DNA of 54,191 bases from Octopus bimaculoides (lineage: Eukaryota). Within the stretch, counting starts at the first letter, position 1, and every line of letters starts with the position of its first letter. The notes beneath the pieces were generated by a model. That model saw only the letters and a program-made list of their open reading frames with translations, was not told the origin of the DNA and searched no databases. The stretch covers positions 17,159,359 through 17,213,549 of the forward strand of contig NC_069002.1 of NCBI RefSeq assembly GCF_001194135.2. The letters are read 5' to 3'. Below, piece after piece: positions 1 to 10,049 of this stretch. The translations under genes and the position numbers were made by a program.

Positions 1-232
1 GGCACATAAAAGACACCATTTCGAGCGTGGCCGTTTTCGTGCGGGTGACACGTAAAAGCACCCACTACACTCTCTGAGTGGTTGGCGTTAGGAAGGGCAT
101 CCAGCTGTAGAAACTCTGCCAAATCAGACTGGAGCCTGGTGTTGCCATCCGGTTTCACCAGTCCTCAGTCAAATCGTCCAACCCATGCTAGCATGGAAAG
201 CGGACGTTAAACGATGATGATGATGATGATGA
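1..232 (+). mobile_element. 3' part of an interspersed repeat ending in (GAT)n (LINE/SINE 3' end, family D)
   Basis: Ends ...CCATGCTAGCATGGAAAGCGGACGTTAAAC(GAT)n. Homologous copies at ~5575-5915, 27678-27765, 30524-30776(-), 37597-37830(-), 44817-44865(-). Confidence 0.8.
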
Positions 233-449
233 CTACATTCATTGTAATCAATAATTTGACGATTGATTTTTATGCAGATATCATTGGAGTAACTACTCTG
301 TGTTTTGCTTTAAAAATTAAAGCAGTTGACATGACAGTGTAGACAAGACGTTCATTTCGCAATCATGTGATCCCAGGTTAGGCGTATCATGATGCAGTAC
401 CTTGGGCAAGTTTTACTGACCAAGGTTTCAGGTAGACTGAAAATTTTAA

Positions 450-971
450 CCCTGGCCATACCTAGCCAGAATATTTTACCTGCTTTATGCTCAAACTGGT
501 CAGATCTCATCCCTCACACTTACTCTACAATGTTATTCTAAAAGTGAGTCACCACATCATCAAAATTTTGACACTATGAAATAATATCATGATTAATTGA
601 AAACAATGTGAATAAGTATTACCTTTAACAGAGTGAAGGCACATGGCTTAGTGGTTAAGGTATTCGGCTTACAATCATAAGGTCATGAGTTCAATTCCCA
701 ACAATACATTGTGTCCTTGAGCAAGACATTATTTTACTTTGCTCCAGTCCACTCAGCTGGCAAAAATGAATTGTACCTGTATTTCAAAGGGCCAGCCTTG
801 TCACACTCTGTGTCATGCTGAATCTCCCTGAGAACTGCGTTGAGGGTAAACATGTCTGTGGAATACTCAGCCACTTGCACATTAATTTCATGAGCAAATT
901 GTTCCATTAATTGGATCAATTGGAACCCTTGTTGTTGTAACCTTTAGCAGAATAATCTGAATACTAAAGGG
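450..971. mobile_element. TTAA-flanked piggyBac-type MITE interrupted by a SINE
   Basis: TTAA|CCC ... GGG|TTAA (446-449, 972-975). Body matches the uninterrupted copy at 31870-32085. Confidence 0.7.
633..939 (+). mobile_element. tRNA-derived SINE (family A variant) inserted in the MITE
   Basis: Head with A-box TGGCTTAGTGG and B-box-like GAGTTCAATTCC; 3' body shared with family A; 12-bp TSD ACCTTTA(A/G)CAGA at 621-632 and 940-951. Confidence 0.75.
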
Positions 972-1380
972 TTAAGAAGATGGAAATGGTGAAATAAAGG
1001 CATTTCCAATTTTTATTCTTAAGATTAAAAAAAATGGAAATACCTTTAGCAGAAGCTCATCAGAGTGATTGCACTTGTTCTTAAGTGGCTGATTAAATAG
1101 ATCACCCCATTTAATATCACCATCTGGTTCTTAGGTACCTATAGCTGAGTCCCCTCTGCTCTGATCATATGCTCTGAGTATAACTTTCTCCTTCAATTCC
1201 CACCAGTCTCAGAGGCCCAGTAAAAAACCCAGGGACGTTGTCACACGTCCTCTTCTGTTTAGTACAAAGTTGAGAACAGCTAGCCTTGGTAACATATACT
1301 ATGCTTTTACTAATTGTTTTAGATGCCTGTGTTGTCATGAGCAGACAGAGACACCTCAGCCTACTCACCCTTGACTCAGT

Positions 1381-1767
1381 TGTTATTGTTGGCACTCCGT
1401 CGCTTACGACGTCGAGGGTTCCAGTTGATCCGATCAACGGAACAGCCTGCTCGTGAAATTAACGTGCAAGTGGCTGAGCACTCCACAGACACGTGTACCC
1501 TTAACGTAGTTCTCGGGGATATTCAGCGTGACACAGTGTGACAAGGCTGACCCTTTGAATTACAGGCACAACAGAAACAGGAAGAAAGAGTGAGAGAAAG
1601 TTGTGGTGAAAGAGTACAGCAGGGTTCACCACCATCCCCTGCCGGAGCCTCGTGGAGCTTTAGGTGTTTTCACTCAATAAACACTCACAATGCTCGGTCT
1701 GGGAATCGAAACCGCGATCCTATGACCGCGAGTCCACTACCCTAACCACTAGGCCATTTCGCCTTCA
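1381..1767 (-). mobile_element. tRNA-derived SINE family A, full length
   Basis: Minus-strand head TGGCCTAGTGGTTAGGG...GGTTTCGATTCCC, (AAC)n-like tail, 15-bp TSD with 2 mismatches (1366-1380, 1768-1782). Confidence 0.88.
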
Positions 1768-1802
1768 CACCCTTGGCCCAGTAGGACATACAAAATGCAA
1801 AA

Positions 1803-1806
<4 letters not shown>

Positions 1807-1868
<62 letters not shown>
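1807..1868. repeat. (GA)n microsatellite
   Basis: Direct reading. Similar (GA)n at 13989-14063; many (TA)n/(TG)n tracts, several bordering assembly gaps. Confidence 0.95.
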
Positions 1869-1873
<5 letters not shown>

Positions 1874-2056
1874 GTAGAGATGTACCAGTACTCATTTACA
1901 GCTGAGAAGACTAAAGCAATGTGAAATGCCTTTATTCAAACACAACATGCCACCCAGTTCTGGAAATGAACCCATAACTTTGTTTGTCATTATGAGCTGA
2001 GCACCCTGATGTCTTTGTTATTTGTTGAGAAAGTAGGGAAATAAAAGAATACTTAC

Positions 2057-2237
2057 ATCTAGTCTATTGGCTACCTTCAGCAACCTTAGCGTGTTCAAAC
2101 TAGTATTCATAACAGGGACATTGCCCTGAACAGTTGTTATGGCAACAACATCTACACTGCTGTCCTTACCCAAGGCCATCAAAATAGCCTGAGCATCATC
2201 GATACCAGGGTCTGTATCAATTATGATTTTCTTATTG
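2057..2237 (-). CDS. Inosine-uridine-preferring nucleoside hydrolase, catalytic N-terminal exon (gene continues beyond the left edge)
   Basis: Pyrimidine tract + ACCAG acceptor; 181 nt, 1 nt then NKKIIIDTDPGIDDAQAILMALGKDSSVDVVAITTVQGNVPVMNTSLNTLRLLKVANRLD; donor GAT|GTAAGT. DxDxGxDD Ca-binding motif and TTVxGN of the IU-NH family. Confidence 0.92.
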
Positions 2238-2754
2238 CTGGTAAAAGAAAAAAACAAAAGGAACAAGAAATGAAATAAAACCAAATGAAATAGGTGTAAG
2301 CATGGCAGTGTGGTTCAGAAATTTGTTTCCCAACCACATGTTTCAGGTTCAATCACACTGTGTGGTACCTTGGGTAAGTGTTTTCTACCATGTCCGGTAA
2401 GTTCACCATAAATCAATTCACCACAGCGAAAATTCACCATCATCAATTCACCACAGGGAATCTCCAGTTGGCAATTTTTGAAAACTTTTTTATTACAAAG
2501 TTTCTATAATAATTTTCAATTTTTAATGTCAAACATGATTTTGAATAATATAAATTTGAATTTTGTGTTAACTTATGTTGTAAAGTGTGAATTTAAGATT
2601 AAGCTTATATATGTATATATATGTATATGTCTATATATATATATATATATATATNNNNNNNNNNTATATATATATATATATATAATATACATATAATATA
2701 ATATTTATATAATATATAATATATATAATATAACATATATATGTAATGTATATA

Positions 2755-4078
2755 TTGGGTTGTCTGGAAAGTTTGTGCCGATTTATAGTAGCTTACCTTT
2801 CGACTTATTTTAGAACATGGTTGAGTCCATAAAATAGGATTTGACTACACCTCCATTTAGAGCACAGTTTAAGCTATCTTTTCGTGGAAAAAGGTTTATG
2901 TTCCTATAACCTGTGTTAATTCTCTAACCCTTTAAAATGGAAGATAAGAAAGTTCATTTTCGGCACTTGATACTTTTCTTTTTCTTTGGTTGCCTCACAA
3001 GCAACCAAAGAAATATGCACAGTTTACGGTGATGTTTCTTTATCCAAAAGAACTGTACGGAAGTGGTTCGCAAGGTTCCGAGCTGGAGATTGTAGCCTTA
3101 TTGATACAGAGTGATCAGGCAGACCATCCACTACAGNNNNNNNNNNGGAGATTGTAGCCTTATTGATACAGAGTGATCAGGCAGACCATCCACTACAGAT
3201 GATGACCAAATCAAGTCATTAATTGAGAATAACCCACATTGCACAAACCGAGAATTGGCAGAAAGCCTCAACCTATCAAAATCCGTCGTTCCTGAGCACC
3301 TGGTAAAGCTTGGGTACACAAATCATTTCGATGTTTGGGTACCACATGAGTTGAGTGAGAAGAACTTTTTGGATTGCATTTCCATCTGTGATTCGCTTTA
3401 TAAACAAAATGAAAATGCGCCTTTTTTAAAGCAAATTGTGACAGGTGATGAGAAATGGATTATCTACCAAAATGTTCAGAGAAAGTGATCCTGGAGTAAG
3501 CGACATGAGCCATCCTTAGCCACCCCAAAAGCAGGTCTTCACCCTAAAAAAGTCTTGCTTTGTGTCTGGTGGGATTGGAAAAGAATTCTTTACTATGAGC
3601 TTCTCCCAAGTAACCAGGCAATTAATTCTGAGAAAAACTGCACACAACTGGACAAGTTAAAAGCAGTAATTCAAGAGAATTGGCCAACAGGAAGGGGGTT
3701 GTTTTCCAACATGATAATGCAAGACCGCACGTTCCTTTGGGATCCAGACAGAAATTGCTGCAGCTCGGCTGGGATGTGTTACCCCACCCTCCATATTCCC
3801 CAGATATTGATCCTTCGGATTTCCAGTTATTCAGGTCTCTGCAGAATAGTCTTAATGGTAAAAATTTCAATTCCTTGGATGACATAAAAAGATACCTTGA
3901 TGAATTCTTTGCCATGAAACCACCTCAATTCTGGGAAGAGGGTATTTTCAAGTTAAAGGGAAGATGGAGACGCATTGTGCAACAAAATGGTTCATATTTG
4001 GTTGATTAAAAATGTAATGGCAAGTATTTATTGACCTTTTTCTTTCCTTTAAAAATCGGCACGAACTTTCCGGACAAC

Positions 4079-4082
<4 letters not shown>
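2755..4082 (+). mobile_element. Full-length mariner (DD34D) transposon with a defective transposase
   Basis: TIRs TTGGGTTGTCTGGAAAGTTTGTGCCGATTT / AAATCGGCACGAACTTTCCGGACAACCCAA, TA on both flanks. ATG at 2937; motifs WVPHEL, TGDEKW, HDNARPH, PYSPDIDPSD; stop at 3486-3488 and a frameshift near 3690. Confidence 0.95.
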
Positions 4083-4119
<37 letters not shown>

Positions 4120-4338
4120 ACATGCATATATGGGTAGAGGACTCATCTTGTCATTCAATGGTCGAAATGAGGAGTAGATAGCCAGCCAACAACTGATGAA
4201 GGGTCGTTCTTTGTGTTACTTGTCCTGTTCCCCATTTGTTTCTCTTGTTGTTTGCGTATTGAACTCATTTATTTTCGTATGTCATGTTGTTTATTATTGG
4301 TGACGTCCTGTACCCATATATGCATGTGTATATATATT

Positions 4339-4397
<59 letters not shown>

Positions 4398-4422
4398 NNN
4401 NNNNNNNATATATGTGTGTATG

Positions 4423-4454
<32 letters not shown>

Positions 4455-5087
4455 TATATATATTATTTATATTATTATTTGATTGAATGCCATGCATCCA
4501 TTTCCAAGTAAGTTTATCTTAATCTTTTTGAGGCAACTCTACTCTATACTGTTTTCTCCCCTTCACAGTTTTCTATCTGTCTCTCTCTCGTTGCTCACAC
4601 GTGGCCATCGTCCATCTTTCTTTTTCTTCACATGATCATCTTTCTTTTCTTTCAGGACTGTCCTAAGAACTGAACGTATTCTACCTCTTTCCCCTATCTT
4701 TTCTCTTTTCAGAGAAAATATTTCTCCAGTGTTCGCTATTTTACCCTTGTTCTGGTCTAACGACCCTTCCATGTTTGTTTTCGTTCACTTTCCTTGTATG
4801 TCTCCACTGTCCTGTCTTTGTTCCCAACTTTGACCCTCCATACATCCAAAATTTTATTTTGGTACTTATGGAAGCAAATGTCTTCGAATTCGAAGACTCA
4901 TATTGTCGTTCAATACTCGAAATGAGGAGTAGATAGACAGCCAACATCTGATAATGGGTCGTTCTTTGTGTTACTGTTTTCTATTTGTTTCTCTCGTTGT
5001 TTGCGTATTGAACTCATTTGTTTTCATATTTTGTGTTGTTTACTGTTGGTAACATCCTGTACCCATGTATGCATGTGTATGTATTCT

Positions 5088-5210
5088 ATATAAAGTATAA
5101 GAGAAATTACCCATAACAAGTAACTTCTACACGCTAGAAGGCAGTCATAAATAACCGAAAACCACAAAGTTAAAACATTTCAAAGGGGTAATTTCTCTTA
5201 TACTTTATAT
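5088..5210. mobile_element. Small MITE with a perfect 25-bp inverted repeat
   Basis: ATATAAAGTATAAGAGAAATTACCC (5088-5112) and its exact reverse complement (5186-5210). Confidence 0.7.
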
Positions 5211-5219
5211 GGTATATGT

Positions 5220-5269
5220 TGTCTCCGATGAAGGGATATAATAAATATCCTGGAAACAGCTGTAAGACA
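5220..5269 (+). ncRNA. Minimal type I hammerhead ribozyme-like motif (U4C core variant) in a dispersed repeat
   Basis: TGTCT-CCGATGA-[AGGGATAT AATAA ATATCCTG]-GAAA-CAGCTG-TA-AGACA: stem I, core, stem II hairpin, palindromic stem III. Confidence 0.6.
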
Positions 5270-5492
5270 TTCTATTTATAAATATTCTATATTATACACA
5301 GCCTTGGTTTTTTTTTATCTCATTACGAAAAGTAAGTCCTTATATTCACACGCTGATATATGACCTACATTGGAACCCTTATTCACATAATCACCGAACC
5401 TGGAGCTTAACTATGGTCTATCCATAACACTTACTCAGCATTACCTGAAATCTCTGGGTCTAATTGACACCATTACCGCTCATAACCTCCAT

Positions 5493-5561
<69 letters not shown>

Positions 5562-5926
5562 GGGATGAGCTGGTCAAGCATGACCTTTGAACGTTGGGCC
5601 TCACAGAAGCAATGATGAAAGACCGAGACCTCTAGAGATATGCTGTGACTACGAAGACCTGACAAATAACGTGAGTATCCTACACCAGTTTTGCATAACC
5701 AGCCCCAGCCCATAATTGTTGTTGTGATACCCATGCCAGTGGCATGTAAAAAGCACCAATTGATTGTGGCCGCTGCCAGCCTCCTCTGGCCCCTGTGCTG
5801 GTGGCACGTAAAAAGCAACCACTACACTCATGGAGTGGTTGGCATTAGGAAGGGCATCCATCTGTAGAAACACTGCAAGATCAGACAGGAGCCTGGTGCA
5901 GCCTCCTGTTTCGTGACAATTTTCTT

Positions 5927-6089
5927 GGTTAATGACCTTAACTTTCTTGGTTAATGTTTACAACCTCTTAAACGGCATACATTACGATTATAAAGTAATT
6001 TGTGGGGAAAATATTTTCCAAGGGCTGGGGAGAGGACTGCGGAAAATTCACAAGATCCGAATTTTCCCCTCATAACTGTATATATGTGT

Positions 6090-6128
<39 letters not shown>

Positions 6129-6889
6129 CATGTGTATATACAAGCGTGTATATATATCCGATCACCATATATGTATATATATATATATATATATTTCTAT
6201 ATATATATATAGAGAGAGAGAGAGAAAGTAATAACGAGTGAATGAGAATGAAGGGTTAAAAATGCGTAAAAATAATTGAAAATGAAACAAAATTGAAGCC
6301 AAAACACTAAAAAATTATTGAAAGTGGGTAGAAATAAACACTACGTAGTGTAGTAGTACTACGCTAGGATATCTGTAGAAAGTTGAATGTGATTTCGAAA
6401 TATAACGAAGAAAAATTCGGATCTTGGGAATTTTCCTAAAGTCCTCTCCCCACCTCAAGATTTTCCCCACAAATTACTTTATAATCGTAACGTATGCCGT
6501 TTGAAAGGTATTTATATAAAATTTCATTGAAAAAATCTCATTTTCCTAAAAGTTACAAGGGAAAAACTGGGATCTTGTGAATTTTCCGAGGTACTCTCTC
6601 CCCACCCTCTTGAAAAAGATTTTGCCCACAAATTTCTTTATAATCGTAATGTACGCCGTTTGAAAAGTATTTCTATAAAATTTCATTGAAAAAAACAACC
6701 TATTTTCCTAAAAGTTATGAGGGAAAAACTCGGATCTTGTGAATTTTCCGAGGTCCTCTCCCCACCCTCCCGTTGCTTTCCGCGCATTTTTCTTTTCTTT
6801 CTCATATTCGTTTCCTACACATTTTTTTAACACCCATTGCACTATTTTTTTCTGATTTTCGTTTCCGGGTCAAGTTGTAAACATTAACC
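5927..6889. mobile_element. Non-autonomous TIR element with internal inverted and tandem ~155-bp modules (Merlin/foldback-like)
   Basis: Ends GGTTAATGTTTACAAC (5949-5964) / GTTGTAAACATTAACC (6874-6889); 8-bp TSD ATTTTCTT at 5919-5926 and 6890-6897; left terminus locally duplicated. Confidence 0.7.
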
Positions 6890-7660
6890 ATTTTCTTTAA
6901 TGTAAACATCGATCAAAGTACCCTGAGTGTGCAGATGTATGATCAAACGTAATCCAATCGTGCCCTTCCCGACATTTTGTACACATAGGACTATGTTGTT
7001 CAACGAGCCCTTTGTGTTCAAAGATTATAGGGTGTGATTGGAGTGAATGTAGTTATGATTTTTAGATGGTTGAGAAACACATAGATGTTCCCTTTACTGC
7101 GTATGTTTATTCGTATTCCACGCTCTGCCGGTGCTCTAGTAATAATTGTCTGCCATGAATTTTGTACTGTTATGTAAATGTGCTTGTGCTGTGGGACATT
7201 ACTTAATTGTTTTATTTATTAAGCCTTCAGCTTTTATCATTATAGTTTAGGAATGAAAAGATGGGAGAAGCCTTATTAAGTGTTCAACAATAATAATGAA
7301 ACCAGTCAGTTCGTTCCTCATCCATTCAAAACTGCCGAAAAACCTCCATCCTTACGGTCATAACTCGTAGGCTTTGAACATGAAGGTTGTAACTAAACAC
7401 TGCAAGAGGTAGTTTTCATCAACTTCGTCTGCTATGGGTTAGTGTTAGGGAAAAAGTCAAAATTGAAGAATTTGGGGGGAGGGGAAATTTTGACAATGCC
7501 GATTTTTGGCACAGTAAAAAAAAATATTGGGTTTTACACACACACACACACTGTACTTTGGGAGAGTAATTTTGCTACGTACAAAAACGAAGATAGATAG
7601 ATAGATAGACAGATATGCGTACACAATGAAATATAATCATAAAATTGATAAAATACTAAC

Positions 7661-7750
7661 GAATTCATTCGATTGAAGATGTTAATTACACGAGGTAGGT
7701 TACGTAACGTTCTCTTCGTTATTCCAAGAAGTCGCATGATATAGCTCCCC
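7661..7750 (-). CDS. Putative nucleoside hydrolase upstream/cassette exon encoding a presequence-like peptide
   Basis: Pyrimidine tract + CAAAG acceptor, 90 nt, donor TC|GTTAGT, phase 2 at both ends. In-frame ATG at 7737 gives MRLLGITKRTLRNLPRVINIFNRMN(S), in frame with exon 2237-2057. Confidence 0.65.
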
Positions 7751-8260
7751 CTTTGAGAATTACGAGAAAGAAAGAAATAAAGAAAGGGAGGAAAACGCGA
7801 CCGCGTGTGACAATAAACTTTGATGCTGCCAATCTGAGTTGAGGTTGTTTTTCCAAGTTAAAATTGAGACAACAAACGTGTTTATACAGAAGACAACTCC
7901 TCCCCACAATAACATTTAGAAATGTAAGTGGAACGAAATGATTTCATTCCGAAATCGACACACTTTGATAAACTCAAGTGTTTGGATTCCTAACTCCTCT
8001 AAAACAATGTCAAAATTGGGATATTGAGATCGGAGAACGTTTCTCTTAGCAGCTGATTTGACTGCAGTTAATTATTTGAGTTATTTATTTCCAACTTCAC
8101 GATACTCATTATAAACTTGATTATACACATCTCTTCAGTTTTGTTTCAAAATGAGAAATGATCTTGATACGAGGGATTATTGCTGTTTAAACCCATGTTG
8201 TTTTTGTTTGATCCCAAGTCAGCCCTTAGAAAATAATTTTGAATGTTTAGTTCAGCTCAA

Positions 8261-8417
8261 GGTAATTTTTCAGATTAACACCCGCACGATCTTCACTAGG
8301 GTGTTAGGGTTATGGTTTTAGGGTTAGAGTTAGTGTTTAGGGTTAGGGACGGAATTCCCCAACCCTGACCCTAAAACCCTAGTGAAGATCGTGCGGGTGT
8401 TAATCTGAAAAATTACC
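8261..8417. mobile_element. Hairpin MITE with perfect 42-bp TIRs and internal TTAGGG-like repeats
   Basis: 8261-8302 is the exact reverse complement of 8376-8417; CAA on both flanks. Confidence 0.8.
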
Positions 8418-9207
8418 CAATGAAGCAAATTTATAATAAAAAAAATACTCTAATAGAAACCATGCCTTTTTCTTTTCTTCAGATACTATCTACAACTGTG
8501 CCATCATTTCCAGAGCCCGGTAAAAAGTGTTTTCAACACCTACTTTTGACAAGGCAAATACATTCACTTTCACGTGGGCTCCTAAAAAAGATATATNNNN
8601 NNNNNNNNNNNNNNNNNNNNNNNNNNNNNNNNNNNNNNNNNNNNNNNNNNNNNNNNNNNNNNNNNNNNNNNNNNNNNNNNNNNNNNNNNNNNNNNNNNNN
8701 NNNNNNNNNNNNNNNNNNNNNNNNNNNNNNNNNNNNNNNNNNNNNNNNNNNNNNNNNNNNNNNNNNNNNNNNNNNNNNNNNNNNNNNNNNNNNNNNNNNN
8801 NNNNNNNNNNNNNNNNNNNNNNNNNNNNNNNNNNNNNNNNNNNNNNNNNNNNNNNNNNNNNNNNNNNNNNNNNNNNNNNNNNNNNNNNNNNNNNNNNNNN
8901 NNNNNNNNNNNNNNNNNNNNNNNNNNNNNNNNNNNNNNNNNNNNNNNNNNNNNNNNNNNNNNNNNNNNNNNNNNNNNNNNNNNNNNNNNNNNNNNNNNNN
9001 NNNNNNNNNNNNNNNNNNNNNNNNNNNNNNNNNNNNNNNNNNNNNNNNNNNNNNNNNNNNNNNNNNNNNNNNNNNNNNNNNNNNNNNNNNNNNNNNNNNN
9101 NNNNNNNNNNNNNNNNNNNNNNNNNNNNNNNNNNNNNNNNNNNNNNNNNNNNNNNNNNNNNNNNNNNNNNNNNNNNNNNNNNNNNNNNNNNNNNNNNNNN
9201 NNNNNNN

Positions 9208-9804
9208 GCGTTCACTCGTCGTGAAGTTGGGGCTTCTATGCCGCGCCGGATTCCTGAATACAGATGTTCTTCGCAGGCTGAATTCTGGCTGTTATTTCCG
9301 TGGTGAAGAAATCACACAAACAGGGTCGAGAAGAGAAGCTGCGGTGGCTGTTTGGTAGCTGTTGGTAGCTTGTGTACGTAGAAGTCATGTTGACGCTGTT
9401 GGGGACGATGCTTGTAGTCGTAGAGTCGTGTTGCTGCTGGCGACGTCGGTGGCGATGCTTGTAGTTCGTAGTGGTTGTTGATGTCGTCACTGGAAACTGG
9501 CTGGTTGGTTGGTGTTGTGTTACGCGTGTGTGGTCAGCGACCAGATCTAGGAGATCTAAGGTGCGACGACTTGACGGGTATCTAGCAGGCTATTTATAGG
9601 AAAATAGGGGCTCCAGGAAAGCATTAGAAGAACACTCTCACGTGACCTTATTAGGGGCTACGGTTGGTCGGTTTGCGTCCTGGGGCGAACGGGTGGAGAT
9701 AATTGCCGCCCAAATAATAGTCAGTCAGGTGATGGACACAGCAAGCTGCTCTCTGCTACGCCCGCACTTGATTATATATTCTAGTGAGAGAAGTGTTCAC
9801 TACA
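9208..9804 (-). mobile_element. Possible solo LTR, cut by a gap
   Basis: Minus strand starts TGTAGTGAAC and contains CCTATAAATAG (TATA-like, ~9590-9600). GC/CpG-rich relative to the flanks; no second LTR seen. Confidence 0.35.
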
Positions 9805-10049
9805 CACCGAAGTTTGGGTGATAGGAAGCAAGTAAGACAGGAAAAGATTACATTGGTCTTCATTGGTATGTTCAAAATAGTGCACTCCGAGAATAATTTT
9901 CCCATCATATATTATCAAAGTAAATGAAAATATAACTAGAAAATAACAGACTGATTACAGGGGTTGAGCAATGAGCTGCTGGTTTATGTCGGGATGTCAT
10001 TCTCCGTACAGTAAGGGAGAACGCCCCACAGCTCTACCACTTTGCTTGG

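Noticed and set aside
1030-1140. AG...GT-bounded segment as the next hydrolase exon
   Set aside because: Stops in all three frames; the remaining exons must lie left of the window.
1690-1767. tRNA genes
   Set aside because: The A/B-box heads are fused to SINE bodies with tails and TSDs and do not form complete cloverleaves.
3083-3200. 54-bp direct repeat inside the mariner
   Set aside because: The two copies sit either side of a 10-N gap: a contig-overlap artefact.
4135-5080. Repeat with CTGATGAAGGG (also 47010-47180) as a hammerhead
   Set aside because: I could not close stems I-III with a correctly placed GAAA. Probably a Penelope-associated repeat, but the ribozyme is unsupported.
7699-7708. 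Perfect palindrome GTTACGTAAC (PAR-bZIP/D-box-like)
   Set aside because: It falls within the putative presequence codons (TLRN), so it need not be regulatory.
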